NCBI GenBank assembly: GCA_031285625.1
Contig: JAITVV010000070.1
Coordinates: forward strand, 32,001-96,000
DNA from: Prevotella sp.
GTDB taxonomy: Bacteria; Bacteroidota; Bacteroidia; Bacteroidales; Dysgonomonadaceae
Length of the DNA: 64,000 nt
Reading direction: 5' to 3'
The position numbers were made by a program, and so were the translations under genes. The notes beneath the pieces were generated by a model. That model worked only from the letters and a program-made list of their open reading frames with translations, ran no database searches and was not told where the DNA came from. Shown piece by piece: positions 21,012 to 29,507 of the stretch; within the stretch, counting starts at the first letter, position 1, and each line of letters begins with the position of its first letter.

Positions 21012-21127
21012 GGTGTTCCGATTAATTTGGTTACAATTTATAGGTATCAAATCTTAAGTTCAGCTAGCATTTTTATAAGATTTTCCGGTAGTGTATTTCA
21101 TTAGCTAGCCAGCAAAAAAACTCTAAG

Positions 21128-21135
21128 CAAATATA
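21128..21135 (-). promoter_or_regulatory. -7 element for the corrinoid methyltransferase cassette
   Basis: TATATTTG on minus strand ~117 bp upstream of 21011. Confidence 0.5.
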
Positions 21136-21372
21136 AATTCTTTACTACCCTTAAATTCACCAAATATTACCTAAAACAATAATCTCAAACTATTAAAAAA
21201 TCATATATAATGTTTTTAATACCTAATTATCAATTAGTTATATTTTGTTTTTTTATTCATTATTATAATTATTAAGAAAATGGCCAGTAGATAAGTAATT
21301 ATTTTATTTTCTACTTTTACAAAAAGCAAAGAACGCTCCCCATCATTTTTTCCAACAATAAATTTTTATAAA

Positions 21373-22926
21373 ATGAAAAAGATAGATTCTGTTATTTCAT
21401 TGTTGCATTCGTTATCCAAATCGGAGAAGAAGCATATTACTTTACATGTCTTGAGTGGAAATGAAAACAAAGATTATTTGATTATTTACGATCTTATAAT
21501 CAATCAGAAAATATATGATACACAGAGTATCAAAATGGAATTTACGAAATCAAAACCAACCGGTTCTTTTGAGATTGCAGTTCATTATTTATATGATAAA
21601 ATACTCAATTCTCTATTGATGCTTCGTAAAAAGAAGGACATAGTGTATGATTTGTTTCAAATAATAAGTAAAGTGAGGATGTTGTACGAGCGTTCCTTAT
21701 TTCATGAATGCTTCGAGCTGCTTTCCGAAGCGATTGAAATGGCCCGGAAATACCAATATTACGAAATATTGATAATTGCCTTAAGGCTTGAGTTGGAATA
21801 TTTGTTCCGCCTCAATTTTCCGGACATATCGGAACAGGAACTATATCATAGGCATTATGAGCTGGGTGATGCTATAAAAAACATTCGAAATATCACGGAA
21901 CAATCTTCTCTTCATGATACATTGAAATACCGGTTGATATATAAAGGAAGCATTCGTACAGATAAACAAAAGCGAGAAATGAATGACCTGATGGTTAGCG
22001 AATTTTATATTGCCGCATCTACAGAAAGTAAAAACAATTTTGAAATAAAAAAGAACCACCAGTTGTTTCAATCAAGCTATTTGATGGGTGTCGGTGATTT
22101 CAATTCAGCTTTAGAAACTCTGAAAGAACTAAATAGGGTCTTCGAAAATAATCCGGAGCACTGGGCAAATCCTCCAATCTACTATATGTCGGTATTGGAA
22201 GGTATATTGAGTAGCTTACGCTTCTATGGCAACTATGAAGAAATGGGATATTATGTCGAAAAACTGAAAATTTTAGCTGAATCGTCATCGGTAGAATTTA
22301 AAGTAAATACCTTATGTCTGGTTTTCCAATATGAATTGTTTCCTTGGCTAGATAAAGGTGATTATGAGAAATGTAAGGAGATTATAGAAGAGTATGATGA
22401 ACGTTTGTTCAGTAAAGAAAGCTGGTTAAATCCTATCCGGCTCAGTGAATTAATATTGTATACCTCGATAGTACATATTGGAATGAAAGAATTTTCTAAG
22501 GCAAAGAAACGTTTGAATAGTCTTTTATTTGATCGGTTTATGGATTATTTACCTATTAAAAAGATAATCCGCCTCATGCGTCTGATTGTTTATTATGAAT
22601 TGGGTGATTTTGATTTGATCAGATTTGAAACACGTTCTATCAAAAGAGGGATGACCAATAAAAAAGAGCCACATTACAGAACAGAGCATATGTTGCTTTG
22701 GTTTCTTAATAATGAAAATCTGCCTGTCTTTAACAAAGACAAAGATGATTTGTGGAAAAAAATTTCTAATCAACTTACCGAATGGCAGGATAACCGTTAT
22801 GAGCGCCAGATATTATATTTATTTGATTTTACTGCATGGATAGAAGCTAAAATCTTTAAGAAGCCACTTTCTACAATAATGGAAAAAAATTTTGAAGAAA
22901 AAATGAAAAATAATACACAGCATTAA
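21373..22926 (+). CDS. Hypothetical alpha-helical protein, probable RusR-like transcriptional regulator
   Basis: Soluble 517-aa helical-repeat-like protein (LLHSLSKSEKK start) directly upstream of a ribokinase. Size and context match my recollection of B. thetaiotaomicron RusR (BT2802); homology not verified. Confidence 0.55.
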   Translation: MKKIDSVISLLHSLSKSEKKHITLHVLSGNENKDYLIIYDLIINQKIYDTQSIKMEFTKSKPTGSFEIAVHYLYDKILNSLLMLRKKKDIVYDLFQIISKVRMLYERSLFHECFELLSEAIEMARKYQYYEILIIALRLELEYLFRLNFPDISEQELYHRHYELGDAIKNIRNITEQSSLHDTLKYRLIYKGSIRTDKQKREMNDLMVSEFYIAASTESKNNFEIKKNHQLFQSSYLMGVGDFNSALETLKELNRVFENNPEHWANPPIYYMSVLEGILSSLRFYGNYEEMGYYVEKLKILAESSSVEFKVNTLCLVFQYELFPWLDKGDYEKCKEIIEEYDERLFSKESWLNPIRLSELILYTSIVHIGMKEFSKAKKRLNSLLFDRFMDYLPIKKIIRLMRLIVYYELGDFDLIRFETRSIKRGMTNKKEPHYRTEHMLLWFLNNENLPVFNKDKDDLWKKISNQLTEWQDNRYERQILYLFDFTAWIEAKIFKKPLSTIMEKNFEEKMKNNTQH

Positions 22927-23095
22927 TTCTCATCTTTTTAGTTGAATTTACAAAATGTAGATTTATATAAAAATGCAGATCAACGTATATATATAAAATT
23001 AATATTCAATTAATTACAAATAATTTTTATAATAAAACCAAATTTGAATTATATAAATAGCAATTTTTTAGTCATTATCTAGTAAATACTCACTA

Positions 23096-23103
23096 TATAT
23101 TTG
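23096..23103 (+). promoter_or_regulatory. -7 element for the rbsK2 operon
   Basis: TATATTTG 93 bp upstream of ATG 23196. Confidence 0.5.
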
Positions 23104-23195
23104 ATATTAATTAAATCAATATATGAAAATGCGATGAAAAATCCACATAAAAATCGCAATACTCATCATTAAGAAACATAATTATTTACTAATAC

Positions 23196-24092
23196 ATGAA
23201 AAAAATAGTTGTTATAGGAAGTAGTAATACAGATATGGTAATAAAGTCTGATAAATTGCCAAACCCGGGCGAAACAATCCTGGGTGGAGAATTTTTGCTA
23301 AATCCCGGAGGTAAAGGGGCTAATCAGGCAGTAACTGCTGCAAGACTTGGTGGAAAAGTCACATTTATTGCAAAAATAGGCAGTGATGCATTTGGCAAAA
23401 ATTCAATAAATCTATATTCGTCCGAAGGTATAAATACCGAATTTATTTTTTCTGATCCGGAAAAGCCGTCAGGTGTAGCATTAATAAATGTAAATGAAAG
23501 TGGTGAGAATTGTATTGTAGTAGCTCCGGGTGCTAATGGCTTATTATCGGTAGAAGATATAGAAAAAGCGAAATATGAGATTGAATCTGCCGATATCTTA
23601 TTAATGCAACTGGAAATCCCTCTATCTGTGGTTGAGTATTCCGCTAAGCTGGCATACGAAAAAGGTATAAAGGTTATTCTGAATCCGGCTCCGGCCAATG
23701 AACTTTCTAACTCCTTACTAAAATGTCTGTATATTATAACACCAAATAAGAATGAAGCGGAGGCACTCTCGGGAATAAAAATAACTGATATCGAAAGTGC
23801 AAAAAGTGCAGCTGCAGTAATAAGAGAAAAAGGAGTTGACACAGTAATAATTACGATGGGCGAATTAGGCGCTATCATTTGTGATGACCAACTTCATCAA
23901 ATCCCTGCCGTAAACGTAAAAACAGTGGATACAACAGCTGCGGGTGATGTATTTAATGGAGCTTTATCAGTGGCGCTGGCTGAAGATAAAAGCATAGTGG
24001 ATGCAGTAATATTTGCCTGTAAATGTGCTGCGCTGTCGGTGACCAAACTAGGTGCCCAGTCATCTATTCCCTACCGGAACAATATTGTTTGA
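23196..24092 (+). CDS. rbsK: Ribokinase (PfkB family), paralog 2
   Basis: GSSNTD, PGGKGANQA, TPNKNEA, DTTAAGDVFNG. Confidence 0.92.
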   Translation: MKKIVVIGSSNTDMVIKSDKLPNPGETILGGEFLLNPGGKGANQAVTAARLGGKVTFIAKIGSDAFGKNSINLYSSEGINTEFIFSDPEKPSGVALINVNESGENCIVVAPGANGLLSVEDIEKAKYEIESADILLMQLEIPLSVVEYSAKLAYEKGIKVILNPAPANELSNSLLKCLYIITPNKNEAEALSGIKITDIESAKSAAAVIREKGVDTVIITMGELGAIICDDQLHQIPAVNVKTVDTTAAGDVFNGALSVALAEDKSIVDAVIFACKCAALSVTKLGAQSSIPYRNNIV

Positions 24093-24127
24093 AATAATAT
24101 AAACCTATAAATCAAATACAAAATTAT

Positions 24128-26764
24128 ATGCGTAGTTTTTTATTTTTTATTTTAGTCATACTGGTTTCAATGAAGCCATTTGCTGTATTCCCAGGAGAGC
24201 AAAACCAAAATCTGTCTCTGTCCGGAATGGTAACGGCATCATCTAATGCCGGAAAGCAATATCATGAGAAGAATGTTGCCGATAATAACATGGAAACTTT
24301 ATGGAAGGCAAAAAAGTCAAATGCAGAACAATGGTTGCTTATCGATCTGAAGAGTAATTATGCATTAAATAAGATAAGCCAGACTTTTGGAAATACGGCT
24401 GTCTGGAAATTCAAGATTGAAGGTTCTGTAGATAAACAGAATTGGACAATGCTGGTTGATAAAACAAAGGGCGCCTCAGGAATATCATTTGCCGAAAGTG
24501 TGTCCGGGGTTTACCGTTATGTACGGTTAACAATATCCGGATCCGGTAACAATGATATTGCTTCATCAGCCGAATTTGCAATCTATGGAACCGATAAGGG
24601 TACTAATATTGCCTTGGGTAAATATTTTAACACTCATGTGCGACAAGAAGGCTTCGAACCGGAAAAAGCACTTGATGGCGATATTGCGACATATTGGAGA
24701 GCATCGAATACCTATCCGCAGACGTTGACTTTAGATTTGAGAAGAATGTGCATGATTACCGGGGTAAGACAGGTGTTTAAGCAGCATGACATATGGAAAT
24801 TTAAAATAGAAGGATCAAAGGACAACCAGCAATGGGATAGCCTGTTAGATAACTCACAAGGCGATAGGGGATTCGATTTCTCTACTTCTGTTTCGGGTGA
24901 CTACCATTTTATCCGGTTAACCATTCTGGAATCTTCATCAGGGTATATTGCCAATAGTTGCGAATTTTGTGTCTACGGATTCGAATCGGACAATAATGAA
25001 GTAAAGCCGCTCCGTAAGAATCTGGCTTATAATACAGCAGCATCTACTTCTTCATTCGACCGGAACGACTATTCGCAATATAAAGCTTTGGATGGTAATG
25101 AGCATACATTCTGGCGCGCCGACGATACATCAATGCCGCAATGGCTATTGGTTGATTTAGGAAACTCATGCCAAATCGATGAAATAAGCCAGGTATTTAC
25201 AAATGAGGATACATGGAAGTTTAAAATTGAGGCTTCGAACGATAAAGATAACTGGACAGAAATAGCTGATGAAACGGCCGGTTATACAGGTTCCCGTTAC
25301 TCAAAGGCTATGAATGGCTATTATCGTTACGTAAAGATTACTATAACAGATGCTGAAAATAAAAACCGGGCCGGAAGTAAGGAATTAGCTATATATGGTA
25401 CGGGATCTCCCAAGACAGCAAAATGGTGGGAAGATAAGTCCGGAATGTCACGCTATTATCCAAAATTCTATAAGCAGACTTTTCCATCCATTATCGACAG
25501 TTTAGATATTATTCAGGCACAGGGATATAATATTCTCGAATTCTCAGCTCCTTACGAGGGCGATCCTGAAGTATGGGGAGGTTTGGGAGCTACCAACAAT
25601 TATGCTATCGATCCTTCGATAGGCACAATGGAAGATTTTGAACGCTTACTCAGGGAAGCTCACGCCCGTGACATGAAGGTTATCTTCTTCGGAAATGTAG
25701 GTTATTGCTGGCATGAAGCTCCTTTTTTCCAAAAAGCATGTGACGATGAGAGGAATAAAGTAAACAGCAAAGAACGCAAATGGTTCCATTTTAGCCAGAC
25801 AAAACATAGCGACAGTTGGTTCTGGAGCGAGAGAGCCCAGGCATATTACTATTCATTCTGGGGTAATTCTGATGGTGCAGAAGGGCGTATACCTAATTAT
25901 AATTTCAACAATCAGGAATGGCGCGATGAATGTGTGAACTATCTTAATTTTTGGTCGAATAAAGGTGTTGACGGACTATTGCTTGATGCTCCCGGAGCCT
26001 ATGATGGTATCAATGATGCCATTATAGAAGAAAATATAGTGAAGGTTCTTAACCGTCATGGTATAGTTACTAATGCTGAAGGTTCAGGGGATGTATATCA
26101 TTGGATGCACCGTTTCGGATTCAACAGTATACAGGGATTTGATGTATATGGCTGGGGTGGAGGTAAGCGAAGTGATATACTTGCCGGGCGAAAGACAAAT
26201 ACCCCTCAGGGACTGGATAAAAAACTAAAGGAGTACAGAGACATGGCAAATGCTTTTAATGGTGTTACCATAACTCCTCCGATGTGGGAAATACCTGCTA
26301 CTGAAGATGAACGGATATTTGAAGTTGCTTATCTGACAACTTTAGGAACCATCTTTGTAAATCATTACGGGGATCATCACCGTGACTATATCGCACAATT
26401 TATTATGAGCAAATGGCCTCTTGAAAAGCAAAAAGAATTCTATGATCTTGTTCGCACCCAGAATAGCTATATTGGACTGGCTCCTTACGGACAACGCATG
26501 TGTTTGCCTACAAATGACGATGAAAAATATACGGCATTCAAGAGAACCAATAAGGATGGAAAAGTTTCGGCACTCGTTATCTTCAACTTTCAGGATGCAG
26601 AAAGTACTATATCTGTCGATCTTAGAAACTCTGGGATAGACCATTCACACACACCTATCGATTTGTTGACAGGGAAAGCGGCCAAACCGATCACTTCCGA
26701 TAAATATGCAGTTTCTGTACCTGCCTATGGATATCTGATTTTGGGTGTGGAAAACGAAATGTAA
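24128..26764 (+). CDS. Secreted protein: three F5/8 type C (CBM32-like) domains plus atypical GH13-like TIM barrel
   Basis: Three repeats of W...DL...Q.F...WKFKIE.S.D...W...G.Y..V..TI; then IDPSIGTMEDFERLLREAHARDMKVI, GVDGLLLDAP, NAEG. Confidence 0.8.
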   Translation: MRSFLFFILVILVSMKPFAVFPGEQNQNLSLSGMVTASSNAGKQYHEKNVADNNMETLWKAKKSNAEQWLLIDLKSNYALNKISQTFGNTAVWKFKIEGSVDKQNWTMLVDKTKGASGISFAESVSGVYRYVRLTISGSGNNDIASSAEFAIYGTDKGTNIALGKYFNTHVRQEGFEPEKALDGDIATYWRASNTYPQTLTLDLRRMCMITGVRQVFKQHDIWKFKIEGSKDNQQWDSLLDNSQGDRGFDFSTSVSGDYHFIRLTILESSSGYIANSCEFCVYGFESDNNEVKPLRKNLAYNTAASTSSFDRNDYSQYKALDGNEHTFWRADDTSMPQWLLVDLGNSCQIDEISQVFTNEDTWKFKIEASNDKDNWTEIADETAGYTGSRYSKAMNGYYRYVKITITDAENKNRAGSKELAIYGTGSPKTAKWWEDKSGMSRYYPKFYKQTFPSIIDSLDIIQAQGYNILEFSAPYEGDPEVWGGLGATNNYAIDPSIGTMEDFERLLREAHARDMKVIFFGNVGYCWHEAPFFQKACDDERNKVNSKERKWFHFSQTKHSDSWFWSERAQAYYYSFWGNSDGAEGRIPNYNFNNQEWRDECVNYLNFWSNKGVDGLLLDAPGAYDGINDAIIEENIVKVLNRHGIVTNAEGSGDVYHWMHRFGFNSIQGFDVYGWGGGKRSDILAGRKTNTPQGLDKKLKEYRDMANAFNGVTITPPMWEIPATEDERIFEVAYLTTLGTIFVNHYGDHHRDYIAQFIMSKWPLEKQKEFYDLVRTQNSYIGLAPYGQRMCLPTNDDEKYTAFKRTNKDGKVSALVIFNFQDAESTISVDLRNSGIDHSHTPIDLLTGKAAKPITSDKYAVSVPAYGYLILGVENEM

Positions 26765-26776
26765 AGACTTTAATAA

Positions 26777-26952
26777 TGAAGTCGTCTCGACTTTTTAAAC
26801 ACAGAGTAAAAGGAGTAACACGGAGTTTTTAGACTTTATAGCAGGAAACAGATGTATTTTAAAGATAAATATTCACTTTTTTGTCATGTAGTGTACATTT
26901 TTTACTCCGTGGAACTCTGTGAGACTCCGTGTTAAAAGTCAAGATGAATTCA
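26777..26952. repeat. Palindromic dispersed repeat with ACACRGAG/CTCYGTG subrepeats
   Basis: TGAAGTCGTCTCGACTTTTTAAACACAGAGT...ACACGGAGT on the left; ACTCCGTGGAACTCTGTGAGACTCCGTGTTAAAAGTCAAGATGAATTCA on the right. Confidence 0.65.
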
Positions 26953-27013
26953 ATAGAATATCTAATTGAAGTAAAACACTATCTATATTGTTAACAATTA
27001 AATAGAATAGAAT

Positions 27014-28024
27014 ATGTTTATTGTAGAAAGCTACCCTTTAGCAATATTATTTTGTGTAATAACAATGCTGTGTTGGGGTTCATGGGGAAATACACAAAAG
27101 TTAGCCGCTAAAACATGGCGATACGAGCTGTTTTATTGGGACTACGTGATTGGCATTGTAATTTTATCCGTAATACTTGGCTTCACACTTGGAAGTTTTG
27201 GTGAAGAGGGTAGAAGCTTTATCGAAGACCTGAAGCAAGTAAGCGGATCTATGGTTTTAAGTGCCATTATCGGAGGTATTGTGTTCAATGCTGCTAATAT
27301 ATTATTGTCTGCGTCTATTTCGCTGGCAGGTATGTCTGTCGCATTCCCATTAGGAGTAGGGCTGGCTTTGGTTTTGGGCGTATTCATTAATTATTTAAAT
27401 ACACCAAAAGGAGATCCGGTTATTTTATTTCTGGGTGTAGCTCTGATTGTAATTGCCATAATATTTAACGGCATTGCTTCCGGGAAAATGACTAAAAGCA
27501 GCGAAGAGATGAAAACTAGGAAAAAAGGAATAATCATCGCTGTTTGTGCAGGTATCCTTATGTCATTCTTCTACAGATTTGTGGCACGTGCTATGGATTT
27601 GGATAATTTCGAAAATCCTACTCCGGGCATGATGACTCCTTATTCTGCATTTTTTGTATTCTCGCTTGGAATATTAGCAAGTAACTTCCTGTTTAATACA
27701 TTGGTTATGAAGAAACCATTTGTTGGTGGCCCTGTCACTTATTCCGAATATTTCAAAGGTAATGCTAAAACACACATGGTAGGAATATTGGGCGGTTTGA
27801 TATGGGGGTTGGGTACCGCTTTCAGTTATATAGCAGCAGGCAAGGCCGGAGCTCCCATATCATATGCATTAGGTCAGGGAGCACCTATGATCGCCGCACT
27901 GTGGGGAGTCTTTGTCTGGAACGAATTTAAAGGAGCTAATAAGACAGTTAATATATTACTTACATGCATGTTTATTCTGTTTATATCGGGACTGGGACTT
28001 ATTGTGGTTTCAGGAGGAAATTAG
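27014..28024 (+). CDS. DMT-superfamily (GRP/ureide permease-like) sugar transporter, RusT-like
   Basis: TMLCWGSWGNTQKL, RYELFYWDY, SYALGQGAPMIAALWGVFVW.EF; ~10 TM segments. Confidence 0.85.
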   Translation: MFIVESYPLAILFCVITMLCWGSWGNTQKLAAKTWRYELFYWDYVIGIVILSVILGFTLGSFGEEGRSFIEDLKQVSGSMVLSAIIGGIVFNAANILLSASISLAGMSVAFPLGVGLALVLGVFINYLNTPKGDPVILFLGVALIVIAIIFNGIASGKMTKSSEEMKTRKKGIIIAVCAGILMSFFYRFVARAMDLDNFENPTPGMMTPYSAFFVFSLGILASNFLFNTLVMKKPFVGGPVTYSEYFKGNAKTHMVGILGGLIWGLGTAFSYIAAGKAGAPISYALGQGAPMIAALWGVFVWNEFKGANKTVNILLTCMFILFISGLGLIVVSGGN

Positions 28025-28064
28025 TTAATCTATAGGATTAGGATTTGAATTAGGTGTTTAAAGT

Positions 28065-28123
28065 AAAAGGTGACAAAGTGAAAATGCAAAGAGGGGTTAA
28101 AGCTGTAACTTTTGTCACCTTTT
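28065..28123. repeat. Inverted repeat built from the GTCACTTTT-like motif
   Basis: AAAAGGTGACAAA (28065-28077) / TTTGTCACCTTTT (28111-28123). Confidence 0.6.
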
Positions 28124-28163
28124 CGATTATCGATCGAAGTCTAATATTTTAAAAATATTAATT

Positions 28164-29342
28164 ATGAAAAGAAAAATTCTTACGCATCTCTTTCTTATCA
28201 TATTTTTATTGGTAGGCAACTCTGTTTTTTCTCAAGATTTTGCTGGGGATCTCAGTAGCCTGATCACTATAAAAAAAGATATGAAAAGCCGCCGTATCAG
28301 CACGGCAGACCCAACAGGTAACAATCATGACAATACAGGGTTAATCAAGATTGGAGATAAGAAGGTAATCGAGATTGAAGGATCTGGAATCATCAATCAT
28401 ATCTGGATGACGATTGCTCCCTGGGATATGAGGCGAAATGATATTATTTTACGCATATATTGGGATGGAAATGACTATCCTTCAGTTGAATCACCGCTGG
28501 CTGCATTCTTTGGAAACGGCTGGGACGAAAAATATAATTATGCATCTTTGCCGCTGGCAGTAGGACCTGCCGACGGAACAGGTATGGTATCTTATTTTCA
28601 GATGCCATTTAAAAACGGAGCTAAAATAGAAATTGAAAATCAGGCAGATCGAAATATCGACTGTATATATTTCTATATAGATTATGTGGAAATGAATGAG
28701 CTACCTGATTATATAGGTCGTTTCCATGCATGGTACAATCATAAATTAACAGAAGCATTGCCAGAAGGCGAGACCGAATGGGGGGTTGTCGGCACAATGG
28801 AAAACAATGTAGATGGTGCCAGAAATTATGTTTTCATCGATACTAAGGGAAAAGGACATTTTGTAGGTATCAACTATTATGTACATTGCCCTTCTCCGAT
28901 GTGGTATGGCGAAGGAGACGATATGTTTTTTATAGATGGTGAAAAACGGGCATCGATTTTAGGTACGGGAACCGAAGACTTTTTCAATACCTCGTGGTGT
29001 CCCAAAACACTTTTCGCTCATCCTTATTACGGGTATGCCAGAGTAAATAATGAGATTGGCTGGCTGGGAAGGACACATGTATACAGGTTTTTTGTTTCAG
29101 ATCCAATATATTTTGACAAATCGCTAAAAGGTACTATCGAGCATGGTCATAACAATAATCTGACACTCGATATCGGTACTGTAGCATACTGGTACCAAAG
29201 TGAAGCGGGCATATTACCTCCGGCACCAACGAAAGAACAACGTGCTCCTAAAGCATTCATTATCGATCGTGATATACATAAGTGGCGTCATGAATGGAGA
29301 AAGAGTAAAGGAAATAGTTCTACATTGTGGGGTAATGAATAA
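28164..29342 (+). CDS. GH172 (DUF2961) glycoside hydrolase, signal peptide
   Basis: G.G.INHIWMT, LRIYWDG, PSVESPL..FFG, WYGEGDD and GTGTEDFFN (catalytic Glu motifs), IEHGHNN. Confidence 0.9.
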   Translation: MKRKILTHLFLIIFLLVGNSVFSQDFAGDLSSLITIKKDMKSRRISTADPTGNNHDNTGLIKIGDKKVIEIEGSGIINHIWMTIAPWDMRRNDIILRIYWDGNDYPSVESPLAAFFGNGWDEKYNYASLPLAVGPADGTGMVSYFQMPFKNGAKIEIENQADRNIDCIYFYIDYVEMNELPDYIGRFHAWYNHKLTEALPEGETEWGVVGTMENNVDGARNYVFIDTKGKGHFVGINYYVHCPSPMWYGEGDDMFFIDGEKRASILGTGTEDFFNTSWCPKTLFAHPYYGYARVNNEIGWLGRTHVYRFFVSDPIYFDKSLKGTIEHGHNNNLTLDIGTVAYWYQSEAGILPPAPTKEQRAPKAFIIDRDIHKWRHEWRKSKGNSSTLWGNE

Positions 29343-29383
29343 TTAAAGCTAATCATTAGTATAACTTAGATATTGGTTACTTC

Positions 29384-29469
29384 TTGTCATTCTGAACATA
29401 GTGAAGAATCTCTTCTCTTCTATCTATGAAAAATGGGTTGGGATGTTTCACTCCGTTCAACATGACAAA
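29384..29469. repeat. REP-like palindromic repeat, second (inverted) copy of the 4416-4489 element
   Basis: GATGTTTCACTCCGTTCAACA (29442-29462) is the exact reverse complement of 4423-4443; ends TTGTCAT...ATGACAA. Confidence 0.75.
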
Positions 29470-29507
29470 GAGAATTGAACGTAAAATAACTATATCAAAT
29501 TTTAAAG

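Noticed and set aside
21012-21372. Cobalamin riboswitch upstream of the corrinoid cassette (also checked upstream of susC)
   Set aside because: Very AT-rich; no recognisable B12-box or conserved GGGAA/GCCACTG elements by eye. An Infernal scan would be decisive
23324-23878. 184-aa antisense ORF and the many other 60-150-aa overlapping ORFs in the track (e.g. 30600-31037, 32690-33139, 60751-61146)
   Set aside because: They lie antisense or out of frame within well-supported genes and have no recognisable motifs; shadow ORFs
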